Shown here: positions 8,680-18,814 of the stretch, in pieces
Layout: each line of letters opens with the position of its first letter
Numbering within the stretch: the stretch's first letter is position 1
Origin: Candidatus Latescibacterota bacterium
GTDB lineage: Bacteria; Latescibacterota; UBA2968; UBA8231
DNA: 64,000 bases
Assembly: GCA_965197905.1 (NCBI GenBank)
Contig: CBDAOB010000005.1
Location: forward strand, 992,001-1,056,000
Direction of reading: 5' to 3'
Notes under the pieces: model-generated
Database searches by the model: none
Seen by the model: the letters and a program-made list of their open reading frames with translations, nothing else
What the model was told of the DNA's origin: nothing
Translations under genes and position numbers: made by a program

Positions 8680-9995
8680 ATGAGCTCACCCGTCCGCCCG
8701 GATTTTCTGCCGCTTGATGAGATTGCTGCACAACAGCGCGTCCGGTGGAACGAGCAGCGTCGCTATGTTCTAGAACAGTCACCGTTCTTCAAGGCTTTGT
8801 GGCCAACCGACAACGTGCCATCGGCCCTCGAAGACCTGCCCTCGCTACCTATCTGCGACAAGGAGATGTTACGACGCAGCCAGGCGGAGACACCGCCCTT
8901 TGGCGACTATCTGGCGGCACGGCGGCACCGGACCGGGACGTGATACGCATTCATCGGACGTCGGGGACCACCGGCCAACCGATGAATCTGGCGTTGAGTG
9001 CCGCCGACGCCGAGCAAACGGCGGAGGTGGGGGCTCGCGCCCAACGGGCTTCCGGGTTAGGTCCGGGCCATCGCGTTGTTCATTGCCTCAACTACCAGCT
9101 GTGGATAGGCGGTTTCACCGATCACGCCACCCTGGAAATGACGGGTGCGACGGTCATACCGTTCGGAGTGGGAAATAGCGAGCTGTTGATACGTACCATA
9201 AGAGATTTGGACGTCAGCGCGATTTCGTGCACTCCCTCCTATCCGATCGTATTGGAGCGCGTCATCGAAGAGCGCTTTCCAGAGCTGTCACCCCGCGCGC
9301 TCGGGCTGCAACTTGGACTTTTCGGCGGTGAAGCGGGGTTGGACAGCGATAGTTTTCGCGCCCGCCTGGAGACGACCTGGGGATTCAAGGCGCGCAACGC
9401 CAACTACGGGGTTTCCGATGTGTTCTGTAACTTTGCCGGTCAGTGCGAGTACTCCAATGATCTCCATTTCGTGTGTCTCGATCTGTGTTATCCCGAGTTG
9501 ATCGACGCGGAATCTGGGCAGTCTTTGCCCTGGGAGGAGGGCATCGAAGGTGAGTTGGTGCTGACCCACCTGGCGAGGGAATGCCAACCACTGGTGCGCT
9601 TCCGCACGGCCGACATCATCGTCATCACCAACACCGGTCCGTGTGGCTGCGGCCGCACGGTGCCGCGGTTTCGGGTACTGGGACGTAGCGACGACATGGT
9701 GGTGGTGCGCGGAATCAACGTCTTCCCCACAGCCGTGGCCGCCGTGATCAACGAATTCCCTGAATTCTCGGGCGAGTACCGAATCGTGCTCGAGGGTCCC
9801 GGTCCTTACGAGCGCCTACCGCTGGAAGCCGAGCTGGCGTCCGGCCATGAGGCAACATCCGATCTGGAAACATCACTGACACAATCCATCAAGACTCGAC
9901 TTAGCGTCACTCCCAAAGTAACTCTGATGCCGCCAGATAGTTTGCCACGCACCGCCGGCAAAACCCAGCGGGTTGTCCGCCAGGAGAAGCCGTGA
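8680..9995 (+). pseudogene. Phenylacetate-CoA ligase (PaaK)-family protein, frameshifted by an 8-bp tandem duplication
   Basis: Removing one GGCGGCAC copy (8913-8920 / 8921-8928) restores ...DYLAAPDRDVIRIHRTSGTTG. Downstream motifs FRTAD, GRSDDM, GINVFP, GKTQRV. Confidence 0.85.
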
Positions 9996-10780
9996 ACAGC
10001 GCGATATTGAGCAGTATCGACGACGGCGTATGTACGGTCACCCTCAACCGTCCCGAGTGTCTCAATGCGCTAAATCGAGCCCTGCTCCCGGTGTTGAAAG
10101 CGGTTCTCAGCAATGCCAACGCCGATCCGACGGTCCGAGTCATCCTTATGCGCGGAGCCGGCCGCGCCTTCTGCTCCGGACAGGATCTCAAGGAGTTCGA
10201 TCATCAAAGCGAAGGGGAGGCGGAGGCTCGCGCCTACATCGAATCGATTCAAGATATCACCCGAGAGATGGTGCTGGGGGAGAAGATGATCGTAGGTGCC
10301 ATACATGGCTGGGCCGTCGGCGGTGGCCTGGAATGGCTGATCAATTGCGATCTGGCGATCCTGGCGGCCGGCACCCGCTGCTTTTTCCCGGAAATATCGC
10401 TCGGTGTTTTTGTGACCGGTGGGGTCACAACGCTCCTGCCGAAGCTCGTCGGGTTACAAAAGGCCAGGGAACTGATTCTTTTCGGTGAACAGTTCGATGC
10501 GCAGGAAGCGCTGGACATGGGGCTGGCCTGGAAGGTCGTGCCCGAATCGGAGTTGTTCGCCGAAGCCAAAGCAGTGTGCCGGCGGATTGCCGCCCTGCCC
10601 GAACAGGCCGTTCGCGATCTCAAACGAGTGATCAACCGCGCCTGCTATCTGGATGTGGAAGGTGCCATGGAGCTCGAGACCGAAGTCACCGTTCGCGCGT
10701 TTCTCGATCCAGGCACGGCGCAGCGCATTGCTCAAAATCGAAACAAGCGCGAGCAAGGGAGTGGGGAAAATGAAGGTTGA
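9992..10780 (+). CDS. Enoyl-CoA hydratase/isomerase family protein
   Basis: TLNRPECLNALN, GRAFCSGQDLK, GWAVGGGLE, FFPE. GTG start overlaps the upstream stop. Confidence 0.92.
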   Translation: MNSAILSSIDDGVCTVTLNRPECLNALNRALLPVLKAVLSNANADPTVRVILMRGAGRAFCSGQDLKEFDHQSEGEAEARAYIESIQDITREMVLGEKMIVGAIHGWAVGGGLEWLINCDLAILAAGTRCFFPEISLGVFVTGGVTTLLPKLVGLQKARELILFGEQFDAQEALDMGLAWKVVPESELFAEAKAVCRRIAALPEQAVRDLKRVINRACYLDVEGAMELETEVTVRAFLDPGTAQRIAQNRNKREQGSGENEG

Positions 10781-11607
10781 ATCGGCCCCCCTAGACATCT
10801 TTTCCCCCGACCTCTTCAGCGGACGAACTGCGCTCGTCACCGGGGGAGGCCGCGGCATCGGCCGACATATCGCGCTCGCCTTTGCGCGATTCGGAGCCAA
10901 CGTTGTCATAGCCGGCCGCAAGGCAGAGAATCTGGATCCCACGGCTAGGGAGATCGCCCAGGCTGGCGCCGAGTGCCTGGCAGTGCCAACCAACATCCGC
11001 GAAACGGAAGCGGTCGACGCGCTGCTGGAAAAGACCCTGGTGCGGTTCGGAGTGGTCGATTTCCTCATCAACAATGCGGGTTGCCAATTCCCGGGTCCTC
11101 CTTCGAAGATCAGCGACAACGGTTGGCGGGCCGTCATCGACCTGAACCTCAATGGAACCTGGAACATGTGCAGCCGTCTTGGACCCCATATGATTGAGAA
11201 CGGTTTCGGCTGCATCGTCAACATGGTCCACATCTACGCACTCGAACGCGGGGGGCCGCCCTTGGCCCACTCCGGCGCCGCCCGGGCAGGGGTGGTGAAT
11301 CTGACCAAGTCCCTGGCGTACTACTATGCTCGCCACGGCGTGACTATCAACGCCCTCGCTCCGGGATTCGTCGCTACGGATGGATTGCGTGAAGAGGAAT
11401 TTGGGGGATTGCCTTACGACGACTACGAGGCTCTTGCCTTAAAGGATATCCCCGCTCACCGCCCTGGCCGATCCCAACGAGATTGCGGCACTGGGGCTGT
11501 TTCTGTGTTCCCCAGCGGCGCGGTACATCAACGGGGCGAGCATCGTTGCCGATGGAGCCCTATCTCTGAGCAACTGGACGCCATGGGTCGACCCGGAGGT
11601 GCCGTAA
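10770..11607 (+). pseudogene. SDR of the peroxisomal trans-2-enoyl-CoA / 2,4-dienoyl-CoA reductase (AtuB-like) type, +1 frameshift near 11462
   Basis: VTGGGRGIG, NNAGCQF, HSGAARAG. Deleting one C of the CCC at 11462-11464 gives PAHRLADPNEIAALGLFLCSPAARYINGASIVADG...VP-TAA (11607). May be a sequencing error. Confidence 0.8.
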
Positions 11608-11681
11608 GACCCGCCAGGAAGATGCGCAACGGGGGCGTAGGTGCCCGGTTCCTGCACGCACGTCGATCCGCGCGCGGCTCT

Positions 11682-12803
11682 CTAGAACCGATCCGGGTAT
11701 GCCATGTATGGGTTCCCCCTCGGAAACAGCATCGCCATGACGGGTACCATCCGAACGGGTATCCTAACCTGCGGATCCTGCGCTACCTCTTCTGCGCTGC
11801 GGTAGCCCATCACAAGCTGCGTCAGCGCCGTCTGTGGAATTTTTATCTCCGACACGCGTTGCTCGGGAGACCTCTACTGAACCCGCCTTCCGTTGACCTC
11901 CAGCCTTATTGCTCCTATGTCGGTCAACAGATTTAGCGAGCCCTTCCATGACGATTCCGCGGCATCCAGCCGGCGGCCGAATTCGGGGAGGAGCTTCCTC
12001 ATGAACCCTTCCAGGCGGATAATGCGGGCCATGGCATTGCCGTTGCGACTGTGGTGGGTCTCCCATCGACAGCCCAGACTGGCGCAGTAGGCTCCGAAGG
12101 GGTGATCCGGCGGTAGCCAGAATCTTACCTCGCTTGCGTTCCGGCGCCGGGCTTGGCGACCGACAGCAGCCGCCAGTGAGTCGAACACTCTGCTGTCGCG
12201 CGTCTCTAGCTCTACAACATCGAGCTTGTCATTCTCGTGGCCGACCTCTTTGAGATACCTCAGATAGCCAACCAGGCACTTGCGCGCATCCAACGCACCA
12301 ATGACACCGAGCGACCGGGGCCGTCGATATCTCCAGTTCTTTGTTCGAATCACTGAGCCCGTGCGCTGGGAATTATTGCGGTTGTACCACCGCAACATTT
12401 CTGGAAGGTCCGTCTTACGCTTCATGTTCTGAGTCGCGCCGCGAGCTTCAGCTCTCAGAAGATCTGTGGTTTTGACGTAGAGCCACGATTCGGGGAAGAC
12501 GGCGGCGTAGCCAAACCGATGATAGAAGTCGGGAATACCGAAGAGTATGCTCATGTCGTAACCGGAATTGTTCATCAACTCGAATGCGGCTTGCATTCCA
12601 CGGCTGGCGTAGCCCTTCAGGCGGTGTTTTTCCGCCGTGTTTACATTCTTAATGCCTCCGGTTCTAACTTTGGCGGATCCAATCCGCACGCGTAACTTCA
12701 CGGTCCAGAGAGCGCCTACCTCGTCACCCGCGAGTTGCAGGCTCAACCTCCAGTGATTCTTGTGGTCTTTCCAGCGTAGCTGTGGATTTTGGTGACTCAG
12801 CAT
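11682..12803 (-). pseudogene. Eis-like GNAT N-acetyltransferase interrupted by an in-frame TAG at 11874-11876
   Basis: GGIKNVNT...HRLKGYAS, LFGIPDFYHRFGY. The same frame continues after the TAG as RSPEQRVSEIKIPQTALTQLVMGYRS...LFPRGTPYMAYPDRF-TAG (11682), resembling the Eis C-terminal domain. Confidence 0.8.
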
Positions 12804-12817
12804 TCTTGTTGCCGTGG

Positions 12818-12826
12818 TGCTATATT
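12818..12826 (+). promoter_or_regulatory. Putative extended -10 promoter (TGnTATATT)
   Basis: TGCTATATT ends 6 bp before the ATG at 12833. Confidence 0.4.
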
Positions 12827-12832
12827 GGGAGC

Positions 12833-13345
12833 ATGGCAGTAAAGTTCATCACGATACCCGTCATCCTGGCTTACGAAGCGTGTCTGATCAACGGACACAC
12901 GACGCGCCAGTGGCGCTACTTCGCAACCGGGGGCGTGCTGATTTCGCTCTGGGTATTCTACCGGTTCGCAACCGATCTCCTTGTCACTTCGGCCATTCTG
13001 GCGCTCTCATTGGTATGCCTGATCGCCTCCAAGATTCTGATCGATCCAAACGAATATAGGTGGTGGAGGCGGAAACTCACCAGCAACGAAGATACCACGG
13101 ACTCATTCGATCGTTGGCATGTGCTATCCTGGCTCAGTCACTATCCGCTCGACCTGTATATGCTGTGGCAGGAATTTCCGTTGTTGCCGCTGGGTAATAC
13201 GCCTCGCTGGCATGTTGCGATCTGGATCGGAACCTCCATCGGGTCATGGATCATCTGGCAAGCGGTGAAGAGGCGAAGGGAGAAGAGCTGGACACCGATC
13301 ATCGTCCAGATATGGAGGAAGCTGCGAGGCCGGCCGACGACATGA
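12833..13345 (+). CDS. Hypothetical membrane protein
   Basis: Several Trp-rich hydrophobic segments; fills the gap between the flanking minus-strand genes. Confidence 0.6.
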   Translation: MAVKFITIPVILAYEACLINGHTTRQWRYFATGGVLISLWVFYRFATDLLVTSAILALSLVCLIASKILIDPNEYRWWRRKLTSNEDTTDSFDRWHVLSWLSHYPLDLYMLWQEFPLLPLGNTPRWHVAIWIGTSIGSWIIWQAVKRRREKSWTPIIVQIWRKLRGRPTT

Positions 13346-13373
13346 GCCGCATGCGGTCAACGTCTGGTGAATA

Positions 13374-14060
13374 TCAGGCGTTCAATAGCTCCACCCGATT
13401 GTCGAGTTTTGCCAAATACATCAGGTTCCGTTCGTTGAAATAGTTGTCGTCGATGTGAACGGGATCCTGCTCTCTGAAATCACCACCCCATCTCAAAACC
13501 TTGTCGGCACGGATCAGTTCGAAGAACCCGGAAACTTCCTCCGGAAGATTCGGGTGATTGTCTTTCCGCAGCATGCTGGAAGTGTAGAGATGGTGCCGGT
13601 GAAACAGGTTCATGTCGATGGCGTGACCGATATGATGGCAACTGTTGGATGCCGGTCTCATGATCGCACCGTCGACCTGGTTGTTCAGAGGCCTAAGTGA
13701 TGAGGTGGTCCATATCTTTAGATCGCTCCGAGAAGCGTAGTCAGCCAGCTTGTCGAGCTCCGGGACGAAGTCTTCATCGACTTTGACCGCTTCTCCCATA
13801 AACGACTCGTTGGTGTAGACGATCGGATTAAATCTCGGTTTGGTTGCTGGTGTTGCTATGCGGGCCGAAAATTCCGGAATCTTGTCCACGTAGGAGCCGT
13901 GCACATACCCCACCATCCCGTCCTTCGTTTTTATCCTGAAGAAGGTAACCTCGTCCAGGATTGAAAACTCCTCAGCATCTTCGAGGACGCCGATCTTCAC
14001 TCCATTGGGTTTGAAGCGGATATACAACCCGCTGCCTGACTTAACTACACCCTTGTCCAT
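13374..14060 (-). CDS. M15 family Zn peptidoglycan peptidase with N-terminal SH3b-like domain (endolysin-like, no signal peptide)
   Basis: SH3b-like LYIRFKP...IGVL...GYVHGSYV; M15 motifs SSLR, SCHHIGHAID, LRWGGDF..QDPVHID. Confidence 0.82.
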   Translation of the reverse strand: MDKGVVKSGSGLYIRFKPNGVKIGVLEDAEEFSILDEVTFFRIKTKDGMVGYVHGSYVDKIPEFSARIATPATKPRFNPIVYTNESFMGEAVKVDEDFVPELDKLADYASRSDLKIWTTSSLRPLNNQVDGAIMRPASNSCHHIGHAIDMNLFHRHHLYTSSMLRKDNHPNLPEEVSGFFELIRADKVLRWGGDFREQDPVHIDDNYFNERNLMYLAKLDNRVELLNA

Positions 14061-14063
14061 GCC

Positions 14064-14600
14064 TCAACCCTTGGGTTCCTGAACCAGGCCGTCGGTTCGC
14101 TTTTTTGCCTTCTCGAGGTCGGTCTGTCCCGCCGATCTTATCTTCTGAATCTTCTCGATGCCGCGAGATCCGAAGTAGAACGCATAAACTGTCAACATCA
14201 ATGTCGAGAAAAACGGAATCCACTCCTTCAATGCCTCCAACTGAACTTCGTTGAGTTGTTCGTCAAAGACGGTAAAGAATGCCAGGATGGAGATCGTCAC
14301 CGTGAGAAAAATGAGGGCCATCGGCCGAATGTTCTTAGACAGCCACGAGTCGCTCTTCATATCAAGCTTCAAGCGCTCCGTTAGTTCGTTTTCCAGGTTC
14401 TCTTCGTGTTGGGCTTGCTGCTTGTCCAGTTTATTCAACAGCTCACGCATTCGAACCTCATAAGCCGTCTTGATCTTCATCTTTTGATTGTCGCTCAGAC
14501 GGACCTCCTCGTCGCTCGTGGTCAGGTCGTCTAATACCTTCCCCACGGTGCCGACAAGATCCACCCCGACCGCACCGAATATTTTGCTAAACCAAGCCAT
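14064..14600 (-). CDS. Holin of the 3TM / gene-transfer-agent holin family
   Basis: VLDDLTTSDEE, DMKSDSWLSKNIRPM, TM segments, FYFGSRGIEK; GGAGG RBS. Ends 3 bp before the M15 peptidase start. Confidence 0.8.
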   Translation of the reverse strand: MAWFSKIFGAVGVDLVGTVGKVLDDLTTSDEEVRLSDNQKMKIKTAYEVRMRELLNKLDKQQAQHEENLENELTERLKLDMKSDSWLSKNIRPMALIFLTVTISILAFFTVFDEQLNEVQLEALKEWIPFFSTLMLTVYAFYFGSRGIEKIQKIRSAGQTDLEKAKKRTDGLVQEPKG

Positions 14601-14656
14601 TCGTTACCTCCTATGTGACTGGTCCCGCCGCTCGGTACCGTGGCGGCAAAGCTTGA

Positions 14657-15400
14657 CTAAAGCCCCAGCAGGCGCCGGGCATTGCCACCCAGGATCAGCT
14701 CCTTGTCCGCGTCGCTGATGTCGGCGGTAATGACTTTGCCCATCTGCGAGCGCGGATCCATCAAGGAGATGTCCGAGCCGTAGATCACGCGGTCCGCACC
14801 GATCTTCTCCACTACCTCTTCGATAACCCCAGGCGTGCGCCAGGTGGAGCAGGTCTCGACGTAGAAGTTGGGACTGCGCAGCGCCGCTTCGATGCATTGA
14901 CTCCGGTACGGTTCCGAGTTGCCTATATGAGCAGCGATGAAGGTGGCGTTGGGGAACCGGGGTGCTGCCTTTCCCAGATATACCGGCGGCGCGTCCGAGC
15001 CGGTGTGCACAATGATCGGAAGCTTTCGGTCGTCGGCGAACTGGTAGACCGGATCCCACGCCACATCATCGGCTTCGCAAGGTGTATATGGTGGATACAG
15101 CTTTATTGCGGAGAATCCCAATTCGTCTATCGCCCGCTCCAGCTCCGGCACCATCCGATCGGGCATGGTGGGTGAAACATAGGCGAAGCCTACCAGGCGG
15201 TCGGGATGTTTCTCAACCATGGCAGCGGTCTGGTTGTTTGCTGTCGTACCGTCCGGATGAAAGATGTTGAAGAGGCAGGCACGGTCGATGCCGGCACGGT
15301 CGAGCGCGCGAATGATTGTGTCGACGTCATCTATCGCCAGGAAGATCTCGAATCGTCCGGTGTGGCCGTGAAAATCGATGACCGTCTTGCCGTCGATCAT
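14657..15400 (-). CDS. Amidohydrolase_2 family protein
   Basis: IDFHGH, IKLYP, VHTG, AHIG, YGSD, ILGGNARRLL. Confidence 0.9.
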   Translation of the reverse strand: MIDGKTVIDFHGHTGRFEIFLAIDDVDTIIRALDRAGIDRACLFNIFHPDGTTANNQTAAMVEKHPDRLVGFAYVSPTMPDRMVPELERAIDELGFSAIKLYPPYTPCEADDVAWDPVYQFADDRKLPIIVHTGSDAPPVYLGKAAPRFPNATFIAAHIGNSEPYRSQCIEAALRSPNFYVETCSTWRTPGVIEEVVEKIGADRVIYGSDISLMDPRSQMGKVITADISDADKELILGGNARRLLGL

Positions 15401-16146
15401 CCATCACCTGCCAGGACTTTTTCCAACGTGCCGCCGCAGACCGCAGCTAGTTCCGTCTCGCTCAAGCCGATGCGGTGCACGTAGAACAGCATCGGACCCA
15501 TCGCCAGCCGCGGATAGTACGAGCCGTAGACGAATCGGTCCGCACCGAACTCTTCCTTCAGATTCTCCAGTTCGCCGAGAACCTCATAGCGGCTGAGCTC
15601 CAGGTAGGATCCCGTTACGTTTTTCAGCAGCGGCCGAACCAGCATGGCATCCACGTAATGCGCACCCACGAAGACCACCTTCAGTTTCGGAAATGCTTTG
15701 AGGATCGGGACTAGCTCCGTGGTGGGTGTGTCGGGAAGAGAGATCCACAGCGGTATGTGCTGAGCCTGGATCCACTCGAACAGATCACCGTAAATCCAGT
15801 CCAGCAGCGGAACGTACGATTGTATGGCGTGAAGGCGGACGCTGGTAACCTTGCCAGCGCCGTGAAGTTCCTGTAGCTGTCTGAAGGTGTGGCGGTCCGG
15901 ACTCGCTACCCACTGATAGGTGAACGGGCCGGCCTCATCCGTCCACTTCATCAAGAGCTCATTTCCTTCGAAGGCACTGATCTTTTCGCCAAGCCGATGA
16001 TAGAGCAGCGCCCGTTCGACGCCGTGGCGCCCCATCTCTTCCATGAGCTCGTCCGGCGTTTCGAATGGACAGGGCGCGTCCACCAGATGTCCAACGCCGA
16101 CGTTGGCATCGAATACGGGTACCTCTGCTTTGAAACTCAGGGACAT
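15397..16146 (-). CDS. Amidohydrolase-fold protein with degenerate metal ligands
   Basis: FDANVGVG in place of DxHxH; FGADRFVYGSYYP. Overlaps the next amidohydrolase by 4 bp. Confidence 0.75.
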   Translation of the reverse strand: MSLSFKAEVPVFDANVGVGHLVDAPCPFETPDELMEEMGRHGVERALLYHRLGEKISAFEGNELLMKWTDEAGPFTYQWVASPDRHTFRQLQELHGAGKVTSVRLHAIQSYVPLLDWIYGDLFEWIQAQHIPLWISLPDTPTTELVPILKAFPKLKVVFVGAHYVDAMLVRPLLKNVTGSYLELSRYEVLGELENLKEEFGADRFVYGSYYPRLAMGPMLFYVHRIGLSETELAAVCGGTLEKVLAGDG

Positions 16147-16175
16147 AGTCGGTTCTTTCGTCCGGATAGCATGTG

Positions 16176-16979
16176 TTACTCCTTCTCCTTGACGATCTCT
16201 TTGATCTCCGAATGTTTGGCGAGGGCGATCAGCTCGCGGGTTTCGGGGGACAGGCGCTCCACGAGCTCCGGTGGAAAGGTCTCGAAGCTGGCGTATCCGC
16301 TGAACTGGCTCATGTAACGCATGATGAGGAAGCGACGCGGGCGATCCTGCGGTTTCCAGATCAAGATGCCGTGGGTCATCATCTCGGGCATGACGACCAT
16401 GTCTCCGGCTCGCGGGGTGATATTGGTGACCGCCGGGTGCGGTTCCGGATCTACCACTTCCGTGTCGCTGTGGGGCGCGAACAGACCTTCGGGGCGGGTG
16501 AATTCTGACTTGTGTGATCCCGGAACGACAAGAAGACCACCGTCGCCGGGGAAGACATCTGTCAGATAGATAAACACCACCAGGAAGTCGGAGAAGATGC
16601 GGCCGTCCTGGACGAAGTAGTGGGGCATTTCCGGTCCACCACCCCCCTCGCGGGCGCAGTGCAAACGGCCGAAATAGATATCCTCATGGGTGTTATTGCG
16701 CAGGGTAACGCCGGTTAGGCGCGGGCGATCATTGTTGAGCTCTACGATGATCGGCCATATCGCCGGATGCAAGGTGAGACATTCGAGGCTTTTGTCGAAA
16801 GCGAAAGCATTGCGGTAACTTCCCTTTTCACCGTGGAAGCCGGGGGGCAGATCTTCGGAGGGCGTGTCGATATACCGCTGCGCGGCCTCCTGGGCGGCGG
16901 CGAGCTCCTTCCCTTGAAGCACCCCTTCGAGGTGAAGGTAACCGGTGACGTCGAAGAAATATCTCTGCTCAGGTGTCAT
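16176..16979 (-). CDS. Phytanoyl-CoA dioxygenase (PhyH) family protein
   Basis: MTPEQRYFFDVTGYL, LH, YLTDV..GDGGLLVVPGSHKS, THG, RPRR. Alternative TTG start at 16988. Confidence 0.88.
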   Translation of the reverse strand: MTPEQRYFFDVTGYLHLEGVLQGKELAAAQEAAQRYIDTPSEDLPPGFHGEKGSYRNAFAFDKSLECLTLHPAIWPIIVELNNDRPRLTGVTLRNNTHEDIYFGRLHCAREGGGGPEMPHYFVQDGRIFSDFLVVFIYLTDVFPGDGGLLVVPGSHKSEFTRPEGLFAPHSDTEVVDPEPHPAVTNITPRAGDMVVMPEMMTHGILIWKPQDRPRRFLIMRYMSQFSGYASFETFPPELVERLSPETRELIALAKHSEIKEIVKEKE

Positions 16980-16984
16980 CGCCG

Positions 16985-17821
16985 TCAACTTAACGTTATC
17001 GCGTCCAGTTTGGCGATCTCTTTGGTGTATTTGAACGGCGCTGGTTGAATCAGCTCCAGCGTTTCCGGGGAAAGGCGGGCCTTCACGCCGTCCGGAAAAG
17101 AATCCATCGGACTGTAATACTGGGTACTGTATCGCAAGGTGAGAAATCGGCGGTCTCGGTCCTCGGGAGTCCACGTTAGCGCGCCGTGGGTCACCCTCTC
17201 GGTGGTGAGGATCACATCTCCGGCTTCGACGGGAAAGCTGGCAACGCCCGGCGGGACCACGGAAGAGTTGAAGTTGTCGTTGTATCCGTCATCCGTGTGG
17301 GACCCGGGGTAGAACATATCCCGGGGCATCTTGAAATTGGCTTTGTGGGAGCCGGGAATCGCGATGAATCCTCCGTCACCCTCCCGCACTTCCGTCAGAT
17401 ATACGAAGCAGATCAGGTCGCTGCAGTAGATGCTGCCCTCGTGCACGAAATAACGCCAGACGTCAGGACGGTTGAAGGGGCCGCCGCTGTGCAGACCGTG
17501 AAAAGGGGCGCCTTGACGGTTGACCATCATATTGCCCAGGGCGAGACGGGGTTTTCCTCTGGTGAGATCCAGGATCAGCGGCCAGGTCACCGGGTTCATG
17601 GTGATCGCTTCCAACGCCTTGTCGAAGGCGAAGGCGTGCATGTACCAGTTGAAGTGGTCGCGCTCGAGGTTGATCTCGAAACCGTCGGGGACCTCGTCCC
17701 GGGGGGTGTCGATGTAACGCTGGGCCGCTTCCTGGGCACGAGCGAGCTCCGCTCCTCGAAGGACACCGGGAATCTTCAGATAGCCGGTGAGATCGAAGAG
17801 GTATTTCTGTTCGGGAGTCAC
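16985..17821 (-). CDS. Phytanoyl-CoA dioxygenase (PhyH) family protein
   Basis: (V)TPEQKYLFDLTGYL, LHSGG, GDGGFIAIPGSHKA, THG, RDRR; tandem paralogue of the next gene. Confidence 0.88.
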   Translation of the reverse strand: MTPEQKYLFDLTGYLKIPGVLRGAELARAQEAAQRYIDTPRDEVPDGFEINLERDHFNWYMHAFAFDKALEAITMNPVTWPLILDLTRGKPRLALGNMMVNRQGAPFHGLHSGGPFNRPDVWRYFVHEGSIYCSDLICFVYLTEVREGDGGFIAIPGSHKANFKMPRDMFYPGSHTDDGYNDNFNSSVVPPGVASFPVEAGDVILTTERVTHGALTWTPEDRDRRFLTLRYSTQYYSPMDSFPDGVKARLSPETLELIQPAPFKYTKEIAKLDAITLS

Positions 17822-17857
17822 TACTTAACTCTCTTGAAAACAGTTATTTGAAAATTC
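17789..17857. repeat. Direct repeat copy 1: 5' end and upstream region of the PhyH gene (candidate att site)
   Basis: 64/69 identical to 21073-21141 by manual alignment. Further shared blocks AGAATATAGC and GACAGTTGGTTG. Confidence 0.85.
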
Positions 17858-18181
17858 ACTATTAACCAGTTTGGCCAAAAACGGTCCATAAACTCGAACG
17901 AATCTGCGAAAATCTCCCAGAATATAGCGCTAAGGGGAGGGTCTGCGACAGTTGGTTGTCTGTATCTCCATCTACAAAGGAAATCCTACATAACACAACA
18001 CGGAGAAAAAACATGAGTAATCTCTGGCTTCTGCCCGACGACTACAAGCCGATGGAAGAAGAAGCTGAACCCGGCATGATGGGCAAGTTAAGGTTTGAGG
18101 TCCGAACGCCTGGGAGAGGTCCAGAGCACCTGACTTCTGTCGGCAGCAAAATCACTTTCAAAGCATCCTCGATGAGTTGAA

Positions 18182-18691
18182 TCTTCTGAAGTGCGCCAGT
18201 TGGTCTCGGATGACGCTGTTGACTTTGGGGTGGTAAGCTTGCCGCTGAGGCAACGGGATCTAATTGGCGAACCGCTGTTCACTCGCCGGGATGTTATTAT
18301 CTGTTCGCCGGACCATCGTTTCGCACACCGCCACCATATCGATCTGAAGACGATTGCAACTGAACCCCTTCTTGCGCTCGAGCGTGGTAGCATGAGTCGT
18401 TTGGTCATGGAGGAGGCATTTTCGCAGTCAGGAGTGGAGATGAATGTGTCAATGAATCTGGGCAGCGTGGAGGTCATCAAACGATTCGTGGAAATCGGAT
18501 TTGGTATCGGTATTGTGCCGCACGTCGCAGTCATGAGGGAGATCGAGGAGCGGAATCTCGTCGGAGTTTCTGTGCGTGGAATGAAACCTCGAAAGATAGG
18601 GCTCGTGTTCCACAGATCGCGGAACAGATCGGCGGCCGCTAGAACGCTCGTCGAAATCGCGAAAGAGCAGCTGTCCGGTCGGCGTCTATGA
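18182..18691 (+). pseudogene. LysR-family regulator, substrate-binding domain only (HTH missing)
   Basis: VDFGVVSLP, LERGSMSR, MNLGSVEVIKRFVEIGFGIGIVP. Upstream DNA is an unrelated gene start (18013-about 18120). Confidence 0.75.
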
Positions 18692-18814
18692 AGTCGAGAA
18701 ACTTCAGATAGCCGATCCGATCGACAGCGTCGAGGGAGGCGGCACGGACAGGGATATCTGAATTTCTTGGTGCATGTTCACCTCCCCTGATATATTGGTT
18801 GCGGTCTCCCTCCG

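Noticed and set aside
11874..11876. Pyrrolysine or alternative genetic code
   Set aside because: TAG is used as a normal stop by many genes here and no pyl genes are in the window.
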